Assembly (NCBI RefSeq): GCF_006345805.1
Contig: NW_021835954.1
Location: forward strand, 62,001 to 126,000
DNA: 64,000 bases
From: Octopus sinensis
Taxonomy: Eukaryota
Reading direction: 5' to 3'
The position numbers and the translations under genes are program-made. Shown here one piece after another: positions 46,689 through 59,397 of the stretch. The notes under the pieces were generated by a model that made no database searches, was not told the DNA's origin, and saw nothing but the letters and a program-made list of their open reading frames with translations. Numbering within the stretch: position 1 is the first letter of the stretch; every line of letters starts with the position of its first letter.

Positions 46689-46948
46689 GGTTCTTTACAT
46701 TTGAATATTGCTGCCTGTGAGCAATTACAAAACCTGGTGGTTGTTACAAAATTAAATTTTTACATCAAACATACTCTGTAAATGAGCTGAAAAAAAAGGG
46801 ACAAATACACATCACACTTCTACACACATATACACTCCAAGAACTCCACACACCACTACACCATATGCCTACTTCCAGACACAAGATATGCTCCTATTCT
46901 TGCACATACACACCCAGACACTGCTCCTTTTCTTAATTCCTCCCTGCT

Positions 46949-47405
46949 CCGTGCCAGTGGCACATAAAAGGGCATCATTCGAGGGTGATCGTTACCAGTG
47001 TCACCTTACTGGCACATGTGCCCGCGCTAGAAGGGTACCAAGAGCACCATCCGAGCACGGTCGTTGCCAGAGCAGTCAACTAGCTTCCATGCCGGTGGCA
47101 TCTAAAAGGGCACCATTCGAGCGTAATCATTACCAACGTCCCCTTACTGGCACCTGTGCTGGTGGCATTTGTAAAGAGATTCGAGCGAGGTCATTGCCAG
47201 TACCGCCGGACTGGCCCCCGTGCCGGTGGCACGTAAAAAGCACCCACTACACTCTCGGAGTGGTTGGCGTTAGGAAGGGCATCCAGCTGTAGGAACTTTG
47301 CCAGATCAGATTGGAGCCTGGTGCAGCCATCTGGTTTGCCAGCTCTCAGTCAAAATCGTCCAACCCATGCTAGCATGGAAAGCGGACGTTAAACGATGAT
47401 GATGA
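46949..47405 (+). mobile_element. 5'-truncated RTE LINE 3' UTR copy (subfamily 2)
   Basis: Several units, core and (GAT)n tail. Confidence 0.85.
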
Positions 47406-47585
47406 CTCCGTCAGTTATGAAGATGAGGGTTCCAGTTGATCCAATCAACAGAACAGCCAGCTTTTGAAATTAACTTGCAAGTGGCAGAGCAATCTGCAGA
47501 CGTGTGTAGCCTCAACGTAGTTCTCAGGGAGATTCAGCATGACACAGAATATGACAAGGTTGATTATTAATGCTGAGTCATAGTG

Positions 47586-47941
47586 CTAGTGCATGCATAT
47601 ACAGCTGCATGCATGCGCACATACACGCGAGTACTGTCCAAATCTCCGACCAATCACATACAGCTAGCTGGCATTCAATTGGCATATCAAGTTTTGGGCA
47701 TTTTGATTGGGTTTTGGATAGAAAATTCACAAAAAAGTCACTTCTATTGATTTTTTTTAATGGCTTTGCGGACTGACTGGGGAAATGTAAAGATGTGCAC
47801 GACCACCCTTGGACGGTTTTTGAATGACCATAGAAAGTGCGATCCCTCTAACTGAAAAATTGTGGATTTGTATAAACGACATGCACACACACACACACAC
47901 ACACACACAGACAGACATTTTGCCGTTTATATATAGAGAGA
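47586..47941 (-). mobile_element. Helitron-like non-autonomous element
   Basis: Minus strand starts A|TCTCTCTATATATAAACGGCAAAATGTCTGTCTG(TG)n; candidate 3' hairpin TGCATGCA..TGCATGCA then CTAG, but not followed by T. Confidence 0.5.
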
Positions 47942-48778
47942 TACAGGTACTACTCATTTTTGCTAGCTGAATGAATTCCCTATTCCTACCTGCTGAACTG
48001 CATTCTCATCTAGCTCCTAACTCCTTCTTCATTTTTATCTCCTTACCCACACAGCAAAAACCATTAGAAATTCTATAGGTTTCCCTAGTAAACACTGAGA
48101 ACAATGAGATGAGAACAAATGGCAGGCAACTTAGAGAAAGGGAGAGGAGGGGGAGAGAAAGGAGAAAGGGAGGAAGAGACAGAAGAGGAAACTGGGACAA
48201 ATGTTGATTGAGATGATAGCAGTAAAAGATAAGAGGGGAAAAAAAATAATAAAAAGAAAACAAGAAACAGCTGAATCGATACTGACTTATAATCTTACAC
48301 ATCATACATGTCTGTGAGCGTGCACACACACACACGCACACACCCACCTATATATACATCCACTGACAACTCTAACAGTTTGTTGTGGTGATGGTGTTTG
48401 TCGAATGTTGGTTAAATGGAGGTGGTGGTAGTTTCTAGAAGTAGTAAAGAATTGACAGCAGGTTATTTTATTTTTGTGGACGGAAATTAAATATATATAC
48501 ATTATGTGATTTAAGATATATCTTAGGACAGGTAATTATTGTCAACCTGTGTCATTAGTGTCACATGACTACCATAACTGCTGCCAACAAACAACTGCCA
48601 CCACGAATAACAAATGAACATCATCCCTGCCACGACCACCACCATTGGCTCTCATCTCTTATTCTCCTTTATCTCACTCTCTCTCTTCTCTCTCTCTCTC
48701 TCCACTTTTTCAATTACTTCCCTGAGCATGATGCAAAAAGCAACTAGTAATGTACAATTATGAAAATATACAGATATA

Positions 48779-48953
48779 GGTGCAGGAGTGGCTGTGTGGT
48801 AAGTAGCTTGCTAACCAACCACATGGTTCCGGGTTCAGTCCCACTGCGTGGCATCATGGGCAAGTGCCTTCTGCTATAGCCCCGGGCCGACCAATGCCTT
48901 GTGAGTGGATTTGGTAGACGGAATCCGAAAGAAGCCTGTCGTATATATGTATA

Positions 48954-48989
<36 letters not shown>

Positions 48990-49190
48990 TGTGTTTGTCC
49001 CCCTAGCATTGCTTGACAACCGATGCTGGTGTGTTTACGTCCCCGTCACTTAGCGGTTTGGCAAAACAGACCGATAGAATAAGTACTGGGCTTACAAAGA
49101 ATAAGCCCCGGGGTCGATTTGCTCGACTAAAAGGCGGTGCTCCAGCAAGGCCGCAGTCAAATGACTGAAACAAGTAAAAGATTAAAAGAT
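48779..49190 (+). mobile_element. SINE family B, full length
   Basis: Full consensus match. Confidence 0.9.
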
Positions 49191-49344
49191 TATATATAAT
49201 GAGCTTCTTTGCAGCCTCTATTTACCAAATTTCCTCAAAGGGCACTGGTTGATCTTGGGATATAGAAGAAGACATTATCTCAAGGGGTCAGGGCAGTGGG
49301 ACTCAACCCAAAACCACATGGTTATAATGTGAACTTCTTATGCT

Positions 49345-49408
49345 TGTACATGGATGGATAGATGGACTGACAGATGGATAGACAGATAGATGGATAGATA
49401 TATGGATG

Positions 49409-49439
<31 letters not shown>

Positions 49440-49560
49440 GGATAGATGGATAGATAGATAGATAGATGGATAGATGGATGGATGGATGGATGGATGGATG
49501 GATGGATGGATAGGTGGATAGATGAATAGATAGGTGGTTAGGTAGATGGATGGAATAGAT
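49345..49560. repeat. (GATA)n/(GATG)n microsatellite
   Basis: Direct reading. Confidence 0.95.
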
Positions 49561-49996
49561 AAGCAGTAAGATAGCCGGTCAATTTGAAAATGAATGTAAG
49601 TATGGTGGGGGGTGTTTCATGTGTGATGTATAGAACTATGAAATTCTTACATTCTTTCAATTTCCTGTAATTCAAACTGCCTCATGGTTCTAGGAGACAA
49701 AATGGGAAAGGCATTGCCCCAGAGGATGGTGAGAGAGATGCACTGGGAAAGTCACTCTGACTCATGGGGCCTGCACTCGTGTATAGCCATTTCTGTCATG
49801 ATAGCAGTAAGCAGGGATAATATGGTCTGGGGACTGAAAACAGCACTGGGTGGATGGGTGGATGGATGGGTGGATGGATGGACGGATAGACAGACGGATG
49901 GATGGAGGACAAACAGACAGTTGGACCAAGAAATAACTATTTTATATATGCATTACAGACTTCTAAATGTCTGAATATCATTTTTATTTCGTCAAC

Positions 49997-50406
49997 ATGA
50001 CTGGCCTCTCGCCTTGACTGGCTTCTGTGCCGGTGGCACATAAAAAGCACCAACCGATTGTGGCCATTGCCAGCATCCCCTGGCACCTGTGCCAGTGGCA
50101 CATAAAAAGCACCAACCGATTGTAGCCATTGCCAGCATCCCCTGGCACCTGTGCCGGTGGCACATAAAATGCACCAACCGATTGTGGCCGTAGCCAGCCT
50201 CCTCTGGCCCCTGTGCCGGTGGCACGTAAAAAGCACCCACTACACTCACGGAGTGGTTGGCGTTAGGAAGGGCATCCAGCTGTAGGAACACTGCCAGATC
50301 AGACTGGACCCTGGTGCAGCCTCCTGGCTTCCCAGACCCCGGTCGAACCGTCCAACCCATGCTAGCATGGAAATCAGATGTTAAACGATGGTGATGATGA
50401 TGATGA
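49997..50406 (+). mobile_element. 5'-truncated RTE LINE 3' UTR copy with about 4 tandem units
   Basis: About 60-bp units GGCACATAAAAAGCACCAACCGATTG..., core and (GAT)n tail. Confidence 0.85.
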
Positions 50407-50808
50407 ACATCGCCATTGATCAGTTGCGACAGTTAACATTTCTGGCTTCCAATGTCTTCTTCATTTCTGATACAAAGAAAAAAACTTTTTATGTTTGCAT
50501 ACGTATTTAGTTATATATGTATGCTATCATCATCATCATCATCATTTTAGCATCCATTTTTTCATGTGTGCAAGGGCCAGATGGAATTCATTGCTGTGGA
50601 TTCTCTACAGCTGGATACCTTCTTGTCACCAATCCTCACATGTCTCCAAGCACACTAATAATTCCTCATAACCAGAAAATGTTTTTTCACAGAAGACTGG
50701 CAGCAAATGGCATTGCTGGTATGTTGATGACATTCATTTAGAACAGTCACATGACGTCAAGACAAGGGGGGGGGGACACAAAAACACACACACACACATA
50801 CATACAAA

Positions 50809-50975
50809 GGTGCAGGCATGGCTGTTTGGTAAGAAGAGTTTGTTTCCCAACCATATGGTTCAGGGTTCAGTCCCACTGCATTGACCCTGGGCAAATGTCT
50901 TCTACTATAACCTCAGTCCAACTAAAATCTTGTGAGTGGATTTTGGTTAATGGAAACTGAAAGAAGCTCATCGTA
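50809..50975 (+). mobile_element. SINE family B, 5' half
   Basis: Head to GGAAACTGAAAGAAGC. Confidence 0.75.
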
Positions 50976-51125
50976 TATATATATATATATATAAGTTCAG
51001 TAAAATTTAGATTCAGATGAATATGGTACTTAAGTTAAAGGCACCAGAATTTAGTATGGTATTATCCATATCAATCAAATGGAGTGATTATAATAAAAAT
51101 AAGCAACAAGGATATCCAAGGTAGT

Positions 51126-51211
51126 GTAGTACAATCGTTTCATGCTACTTCATTTCATTAAACACTGTAAGTATTACATCAGTTTTAAAATGCCGAGCAA
51201 TCTTCAGCCAC
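51126..51211 (-). ncRNA. Type-I hammerhead ribozyme, extended helix II
   Basis: GUGG-CUGAAGA-U-UGCU...AGCA-U-GAA-AC(GAUU)GU-A-CUAC. Confidence 0.6.
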
Positions 51212-51410
51212 TTATAGAATTTTCCATTTAAACAGACTATGCACATTCTTATCTTTATTTCGTTTGCCAACATTATAAAGAAGTTAGATATATAGACATA
51301 TATATCTACCCTCTTTATATATCTGTCTATATATCTACCCTCTTTATAATGTTGGCAAACGAAATAAAGATAAGAATGTGCATTGTCCATTTAATTAAAA
51401 AATTCTATAT

Positions 51411-51496
51411 GTGGCTGAAGATTGCTCAACATTTTAAAACTGATGTAATACTTACAGTGTTTAATGAAATGAAGTAGCATGAAACGATTGTACTAC
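51411..51496 (+). ncRNA. Type-I hammerhead ribozyme, extended helix II
   Basis: Same core as the left arm: GUGG-CUGAAGA...GAA-AC(GAUU)GU-A-CUAC. Confidence 0.6.
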
Positions 51497-51541
51497 CCTA
51501 CCTTGGATATCCTTATTGCTTATTTTGATATATATATATAT

Positions 51542-52158
51542 AGGCACCCATGCCAACCCCCTTGCTTGCGAAGACATGTTGGGGCAAGCGAAATCAAATC
51601 AAATCAAATCGAATTGAACCAGCCAGGATCTCTGGTCTGGTGGTACGTAAAAAGCACTATCCGACTCGTGGCCGATGCCAGCGCCGCCTCCACTGGCTTC
51701 CGTGCCGGTGGCACGTAAAATACACCAATCTGACCGTACGACAGGCACCCATGCCAACCCCCTTGCTTGCGAAGACATGTTGGGGCAAGCGAAATCGAAA
51801 TCGAATTGAACCAGCCAGGATCCCTGGTCTGGTGGTACGTAAAAAGCACTATCCGACTCGTGGCCGATGCCAGCGCTGCCTCGTCTGGCTTCCGTGCCGG
51901 TGGCACATAAAATACACCAATCCGACCGTGGCCGTTGCCAGCCTCGCCTGGCACCTGTGCAGGTGGCACGTAAAAAGCACCCACTACACTCACGGAGTGG
52001 TTGGCGTTAGGAAGGGCATCCAGCTGTAGAAACACTGCCAGATAAGACTGGAGCCTGGTGCAGCCTTCTGGCTTCCCAGATCCCCGGTCGAACCGTCCAA
52101 CCCATGCTAGCATGGAGAACGGACGTTAAACGATGATGATGATGATGATGATGATGAT
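51542..52158 (+). mobile_element. RTE LINE 3' UTR copy, long (shares upstream repeat units with 30230-30817)
   Basis: AGGCACCCATGCCAACCCCC..GCGAAGACATGTTGGGGCAAGCGAAATC units as in the LINE itself. Confidence 0.9.
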
Positions 52159-52162
52159 ATAT

Positions 52163-52577
52163 TATCTTTTACTTGTTTCAGTCATTAGGCTGCAGCTAGG
52201 TTGGGGCACCAGCTTCAAGAAATTTCTTTAGTCAACTGAATAGAACCCTGTACTTAATTTTTTTTTTAAAGTTTGGTACTTATTTTACTGATCTTTTTTT
52301 GCAGAACTGCTAATTTACGGAGACATAAGCACCTCAACACCAGTTTTCAAATGGTGGTGGGTGACAAACACAGCCACAAAGACACATGCACTCACACACA
52401 AACACAAACACACACACACACATACAATGGGCTTCTTTTCTGTTTCCATCTAACAAATCCACTTACAAGACTTTGGTTGGTGCAAAGCAATAGCAGAAGA
52501 CTCCTGCCGAAGATGCCACGCAGTGGGGCTGAACCCAGAACCATGTGGTGGGAAAGCAAGCTTCTTACCACACAGTC
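52163..52577 (-). mobile_element. SINE family B, diverged full length
   Basis: Reverse complement of the consensus. Confidence 0.75.
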
Positions 52578-53236
52578 GCATATGTGCATGGGTGTGCATG
52601 TGCACGCATACATGCATGCATGTATGCATGAGTGCGTGCATGTGGGTGTGTAAAAGAGAGCTGCAACACCACAGCAGTTGGACCAGACTGAGTAGCAGAT
52701 AAGTAAGTTTCATTAAAGATATGAATAAATAATGAGAAAATGACAATTGAGAATAGAGAGAAGAGATAATATAATATGAAAAGCTGTAGGAGCGGACAGT
52801 GAAATGTCAATGAGTCTATTCAGGAGTTAAGTTGCACTTACCACTGATAAAATCAGTTGCTGTATAGTTTGGTGAGTGACGCCCACTTGCATTTTCTCAT
52901 AAAAATCAAATGCGCTGGCCACAAGGGAAGCTCCAACAAGGTAGAGAAATGCGAATATGGAGTAAGCAATCATGTCCTGGGAGGAGGAGAAAAACGTATT
53001 TATAAAACAGAATTAACAGTAATAAATATAAAGCAAATAAAATATGATGTTGCTATGACAGAAAAAGTGAAGTACTGAATAAATTAAAACATGCTGGGGA
53101 AATTATGTGAGACAAGTGTACGGTCAGTAATGCCGTTGTTTGTCAAGGTTTAATGAGACATGAGGATGGCCTTCCTTTTTTTTGGTCAATAATAATAATA
53201 ATAATAATAATTATTATTATTATTATTATTATATTA

Positions 53237-53620
53237 GGCGCAGGAGTGACTGTGTGGTAAGTAGCTTGCTAACCAACCACATGGTTCCAGGTTCAGTCCC
53301 GCTACGTGGCACCTTGGGCAAGTGTCTTCTACTATAGCCTCGGGCCTACCAAAGCCTTGTGAGTGGATTTGGTAGACGGAAACTGAAAGAAGCCCGTTGT
53401 ATATATATATATATATGCGTGTGTGTGTCTGTGTTTGTCCCCCTAGCATTGCTTGATAACTGATGCTGGTGTGTTTGTGTCCCTGTTACTTAGCAGTTCG
53501 GCAAAAGAGACCGATAGAATAAGTAGTGGGCTTACAAAAGAATAAGTCCCGGGGTCGAGTTGCTCGATTAAAGGCAGTGCTCCAGCATGGCTGCAGTCAA
53601 ATGACTGAAACAAGTAAAAA
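53237..53620 (+). mobile_element. SINE family B, full length
   Basis: Full consensus match. Confidence 0.9.
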
Positions 53621-53627
53621 AAAAAAA

Positions 53628-54035
53628 ATAATAATAATAATAATAATGAAATTATTGTATACAGTGCTCAGGTGCACCACAACTTGTCAAAAGTGCATAT
53701 AAAGCATATGCAGTAATGTACAAATGTCTGGGAAGCAAACAGTGTATGAGTCAGATACATGCTTGCGTGTGTATGGAGGGGAGAAAATCAGGTGTAGTGT
53801 TGACGAATCTCAGGAAGCATGGAAGTTATGAAGGATGCAGTGCTCCAAAAACTAACAACTGATGCCGGCAGTTTGTTCCATGCTTCAGCAACTCTCAGCA
53901 TGAAAAAATGTTTCCTAAAGTCATGGGAGCTGTGCTGTTTTCTGACTTTGTAAACATGTCCACGGGTGTTAGACAGATGGAGTTTGAAAAAGTGCTCAGA
54001 GTTATTGTTTGTAACATGGTTAATAATATTGATTT
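53628..54035 (-). mobile_element. CR1-clade LINE 3' end
   Basis: NTRGHVYKVRK...RKHFFMLRVAEAWNKLPASVV...; 3' UTR ending in (TTA)n. Confidence 0.85.
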
Positions 54036-54104
54036 CCTTGGACTTGGTTATACAAGGCGAAGTGACACCTACTATCCCTTTTGATATTAACCTGCCTAAA
54101 GGTA

Positions 54105-54530
54105 GTGAGATGATAGAACTGTTAGCATGTTGGGAAAAATGCTTAGAAGCATTTTGGCCATCTTTATGTTCTGAGTTCAAATTCCATTGAGGTCGACTTG
54201 GCCTTTCATCACCTCAGTGTCAAAAAATAAGCACCAGTTAAGCGCTAGGGTCAATGTAATCAACTTACCCACTCTCCCAAAAATTGCTGGCCTTGTGCCA
54301 AAATTTGAAACCGATATTAACATACCTAAAGATAGCAAGTTGGCAGAATTGTTAGCTTGCCAGGCAAAAAGGTTAGCAGCATTATGTCCGTTTTTACATT
54401 CTGAGTTCAAATTCTGCTGAGGTTGACTTTGCCTTTCATTCTTTCAGGGTCAATAAAATGAGTACCAGTTGAGTGCTGGGGTCGACGGAATCGACACCCC
54501 CCCTCTCCAAAACTTTCCGGCCTTGTGCAG
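54105..54530 (+). mobile_element. Two tandem SINE family D copies
   Basis: TTCTGAGTTCAAATTC..GAGGT(C/T)GACTT.GCCTTTCAT at about 54170 and 54400. Confidence 0.75.
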
Positions 54531-54699
54531 TCTAAGACTACACTTAGTTCTATGACACAAATACACTGTTTTAAAGTCACCGAAATTATAAACTTTCATC
54601 AAAATTTCTTGTTAATATATGTTCCAAATACTATCTTGATAATGCTCAAGTTATTTGACTAAATTCTTCGTTATCTTCAAAGTTAATTGAACCAAAAAC

Positions 54700-55172
54700 A
54701 GTGTATTTCAAATCTAAGTAGAGATTTCAAACTTAAAATCTTCAAAGCCACAGTCGAACCAATTCTACTATATGGCTCAGAAACCTGGACGTTATCAAAG
54801 AAGCTTGAGAGGCGGTTGGATGGAACCTACACTCGCCTCCTTATGAGAGCTCAAAATCTCTCGTGGAAGCGTCATCCAACCAAAGTACAAATATATGGGA
54901 AATTACCACCTGTATCATCTCTTATGAAAGGTAGGAGAGTCCAGTTTGCAGGACATTGTTGTAGAGCTGAAAACGAGGTAATTTCTACTCTTCTCCTCTG
55001 GAAGCCATCTGCTCGCGATACCAGAGAGTGCATACTCTCCTACCCTGATATAATCTCCAGGGATACAGGCATCCAGCAACAGGACCTCTGTAATGCTATG
55101 ATGGACCGTGAAGTCTGGCGTAACATAGTAAACTCCATTGTCTCAACCACGGTCGAACAATGATGATGATGA
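54700..55172 (+). mobile_element. 3' end of a second RTE-clade LINE (no 3' UTR, (TGA)n tail at the stop)
   Basis: KLKIFKATVEPILLYGSETWTL...RRVQFAGHC...MMDREVWR; stop runs directly into TGATGATGAT. Confidence 0.85.
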
Positions 55173-55179
55173 TTTCAAC

Positions 55180-55395
55180 AGAAATATTGATTTCAAATTT
55201 TTGCACAAGGCCAACAATTTCGGAGAAGGAGTAAGTCGACTGCATCGACCCCAGTACAAAACTGGTACTTATTTTATTAACCTCGAAAGGATGAAAGGCA
55301 AAGTTGACTTTGGCAGAATTTGAACTCAGAATGTGAAGACAGACAAGGTGTCACTAAGCATTTTACCTGGATAATAACTCTGCCAATTCACGAGC
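55180..55395 (-). mobile_element. SINE family D copy
   Basis: Reverse complement of the family-D body. Confidence 0.75.
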
Positions 55396-55830
55396 AACAA
55401 AATCTTTAGTGGTGCATAATTTCATCAGCTCTAGATTTGATGAAAAGAAAAGCTGAAAATCCGAGTTAGTCAAGAAGTAAAATATTTTCTGCTTGGGATC
55501 GGCAGAGTTTTAAAATGGTAGAACAATGAACTAATTACAGTATTTAGTTTCGTTTGTGTATATTCCAAGTCTAAAGTCTGCTTTGGGAGGCAAAAATTAC
55601 CTGAACTTTCTGTAAGGTTAAGAAAATAAGCACCAGTCATGTAATAAGTACCCTTTTAATTGGCTCTAGCTCTCCCCAAAGAACTTGAGATCCCTAAACC
55701 ATTAACCAGCATTAAGAAATTACCATCATTTTCTGTTTCTGAAAAGATTACCTTCATAATCTTGAGGAAAATATTTGAATCTGCATGTCTTGCACTTCAG
55801 ATATTTTTTTAAGAAATTCTCATTGTAACA

Positions 55831-56187
55831 GCAGGCATGGTTGTGTGTTAAGAAGCTTGCTTCCCAACCACACGGTTCTGGGTTCAGTCCCACTGCATGG
55901 CACCTTGTGCAAGTGTCTTCTACTATAGCCTTGGGTCAACCAAAGCCTTGTGAGTGGATTTGGTAGATGGAAACTGAAAGAAACCCATCATATATATATA
56001 TACACACATACATGTATGTGTTTTTGTGTCAGTGTTTGTCCCCCGTCATCATTTGACAACTGGTGTTGGTGTGATTCAGCAAAAGAGACCAATGGAATAA
56101 GAACCAGGTTTTTGGAGTCAATTTTTTCAACTAAGTCTCTCCAAGGCAGTGCCCCAACATGACCATAGTCAAGTAAAAGATAAAAGA
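55831..56187 (+). mobile_element. SINE family B, diverged with deletions
   Basis: Head, body and GTAAAAGATAAAAG tail. Confidence 0.75.
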
Positions 56188-57082
56188 TGAAAAATCATCA
56201 TCATCATGGCATGGCTGAGAAGCTTGCTTCCCAATCATGTGGTCTCAGGTTCAGTCCCACTGCACGAAACTTTGGGAAAGTGTCTTCCATTGTAGCCCTG
56301 AGCAGACCAAAGCTTGTGAGAGTATTTGATAGACAGAAACTGATTAAAGTGTTTTCTGAAGAGTGTGCTGGGACAAGACATAATGAGGAAACTGAGATAA
56401 GTCAGGGGAGCGCACTTAGAGGGTTTAGTCAAAGGTGAGTTTTGTTTGAACAGAACTATGATCAAAGTTGTCTAAAAACTTCCTTCTTTCTTTTTTTTGA
56501 GCTGGCTGGGTATAATTTGAGATTTGGCTGCTATTTCTAGCAGGTCAAGGGACCATTTAAAGGTTCCATCATCGGCTCATTCAAATGGTTTTATATAAGG
56601 TGTGAGTGTGTGTCAGTGGCTTGTTACATGTGTAACAAAGTTACATATCTGAGCAGGGTCTGTAATAACTAGTATCCTGTGTCCAACTGGTAAATAAGGG
56701 TGTGGTTCAGGTTTTGCCCTTTGCAATGCCAAATGCATGTTCACAGATGGATAGAAGAGGAAGGAAGATGAGAAAGAGGAAAAGAAGGAAACAGAAAAAT
56801 GGTAGTTTTGTGAATACTTACAAGGAAGTACCAATTGATGGGGAATGCACTGGAAAGTCCGATAGCGTGGAATGTCCAGACAACAAAACTGCTGAGCAGA
56901 GTGAGAACCAAAATGAAAACCATGATACGAAAATGCCAACAGAGCGGCAAAGACAGGTAACCTCCCTCATGTCTTCCAGACGTTGTTAAACACACGAGTG
57001 ACACCACAGAAAATATCTGGAAAAAATACAAAAACACTTATATTTAGATATTATTACAAATTTTATTATAGTTGATGAACAA

Positions 57083-57492
57083 GGCGTAGGAGTGGCTGTG
57101 CGGTAAGTAGATTGCTTACTAACCACATAGTTTCGGGTTCAGTCCCACTGCATGGCACCTTGGGCAAGTGTCTTCTACTATAGCCACGGGCTGACCAAAG
57201 CCTTGTGAGTGGATTTGGTAGAGAGAAACTGAAAGAAGCCCATCGTATATATGTATGTATGTGTGTGTATGTGTTTGCGTGTCTGTGTTTGTCCCCCCCC
57301 CCAACATCGCTTGACAACCGATGCTGGTGTTTACGTCCCCATAACTTAGCGGTTCAGCAAGACAGACCGATAGAATAAGTACTAGGCTTACAAAGAATAA
57401 GTCCCGGGGTTAGATTCGCTTGACTAAAGGCGGTGCTCCAGCATGGCCACAGTAAAATGACTGAAACAAGTAAAAGAGAGAGTAAAGAGTAA
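57083..57492 (+). mobile_element. SINE family B, full length
   Basis: Full consensus match. Confidence 0.9.
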
Positions 57493-57827
57493 GTTGCAAA
57501 TTTTTAGAAATTTTTGATGTCCAAGTCAGAGAAGGAATGGTAGCACATGTGATTTCTTTTTATCTGGTTCTCCACAATTGGTAGAGAAAATAGATGAACT
57601 CATGAACTTTGAATTATCTTTAGAATGAAGACTGAGTTTAAATGTCTGTGAAAGAGTGAACTCCACTAAAGGTACCCAAAGCCTGGATGCTATCATTGAA
57701 CAGAATGACAAGTTAAGTCTACCCACTGAATACCTGCAACAGACACAGAACTTTTAATGGGTTTCCATGTACCCAGTTTCACTTACAGGCTTCACTATGC
57801 CTAAGTCTATAAAAGAATACACTTTTG

Positions 57828-58060
57828 AAGGCAGCGAGCTGGCAGAAACGTTAGCACGCCGGACGAAATGCTTAGCGGTATTTCATCTACCATTACATTC
57901 TGAGTTCAAATTCCGCCGAGGTCAACTTTGCCTTTCATCCTTTCGGGATCGATAAATTAAGTACCAGTTACGCACTGGTGTCAATGTAATCAACTTAATC
58001 CCTTTGTCTGTCCTTGTTTGTCCCCTCTATGTTTAGCCCCTTGTGGGCAATAATGAAACA
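57828..58060 (+). mobile_element. tRNA-derived SINE family D, full length
   Basis: GGCAGCGAGCTGGCAGAAACGTTAG (A box-like) ... GAGTTCAAATTCC (B box) ... TTTGCCTTTCATCCTTTCGGGATCGATAAATTAAGTACCAG. Confidence 0.85.
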
Positions 58061-58379
58061 AGAATACACTTGCTCATAGTGCCACTAACTAGGATCAAAA
58101 CCTATAACTATATGATTGCCACACAATCTCAGCCACTCAGCCATACGCGTATCTATAAGAGACCTTATAGTAGTTAGTTTCAATCTCTTGCACTTTGTAA
58201 GTTTGTGTCTACTGCGAGAAGTGAATTTCTAATATTTCAAATAACGTTCGTTAGCAGAGAAGAAAAAGAAGCAAACTCTCTGACAAAGAATTCCACCAAA
58301 AAAGTGGAAAAGATGATCCAATGCCTCAAGGAAAATAGCTTCTAAATATGTTGTTCACAAGAACTCAGCTTTGTCACAC

Positions 58380-58850
58380 AGCATGAAAATCACATACTGA
58401 TAGCAGACTTAGATATCAAGGAGTGATGTTTGTAGAGGCCACAGCCCATGGAGAATTAGCCCAAATATTTAGGAAAGCTCTGAAGGAGGCCAAACTCAAC
58501 ATTAAGACCATTGAAAAGCCAGGGAGTTCTATCAGATCAGAATTATGTAGGACGTACCCGCATGCATCAATGAGAACTGCAGGGTATATAAGATTAACCG
58601 TGGCATTAACTGTAGAAGTAGAAATGTAGTCTACAGCATAAGGTGCATAGAGGGTGCTTGTAAAGACAAGAGCATGACATACACTGGTGAGACATCTAGA
58701 AACATTGCAGGAAGACTAAATGATCATTTAAGAAAATATGACAACAAAAAACAGTCCTCCATACTCTTCCAACATGCCAAAGATCAACATAGAGGCACAC
58801 TGGGTCAACGCGACATCTGCATTGAGTACGTCCTCATAAATTAAGCATCC
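58380..58850 (+). pseudogene. Penelope-like linker plus GIY-YIG endonuclease remnant (different subgroup from 22.3 kb)
   Basis: YQGVMFVEAT...IEKPG; shifted frame CINENC...NCRSRNVVYSIRC..C....YTGETSRNIAGRLNDH...SILFQH. Confidence 0.75.
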
Positions 58851-59397
58851 TCAATACTAAATAGGAGATACACATAGTAGGTAGTGATACCCGATACACA
58901 CAGTTTATACATATGCAGATTTGTTAGTAAGTTGTTATGTAGACGTATATAAGTAGGTAAATGGATATGTAAGTAACCTGATAGATAAATAGACAGGTAC
59001 ATAGGTAATACGGACAAAGAAGCACACACACACACATACACAAAAGAAGATTGAAACACACGACCATGGGCACACACGCACACTTCACACGCATAAACAA
59101 GGATACATATGGAGACAGACATCCATGCATAACAGACGCACGTACATAGTCACACAAACCGATACACATAGACACACTCAAACAAGACAGAGGTACTCAC
59201 ACAAATACACACACGCACAAACACATGAATATGCAGAATACATACATACAAACGCACACACACGCGTACATATATATATGCATACACACACGCGCATACA
59301 TACATACACATGCACACTGACGCACACACATGCGCACAAACAAACAACAAAAGGAATGCAACTCCAATAACGGACAGAGTCAACGATTATTGAAGAC

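Larger units (their letters stand above)
50994..51530. mobile_element. Fold-back Penelope-type repeat with a hammerhead on each strand
   Basis: Arms about 51108-51270 and 51340-51530 are reverse complements; hammerheads at 51126-51211 (-) and 51411-51496 (+); (TA)n flanks. Confidence 0.75.

Noticed and set aside
58380-58850. Selenocysteine-type TGA readthrough as in some Penelope-like groups
   Set aside because: The visible TGA is at a probable Trp position, the Cys codons are ordinary and the copy is frameshifted; no support.
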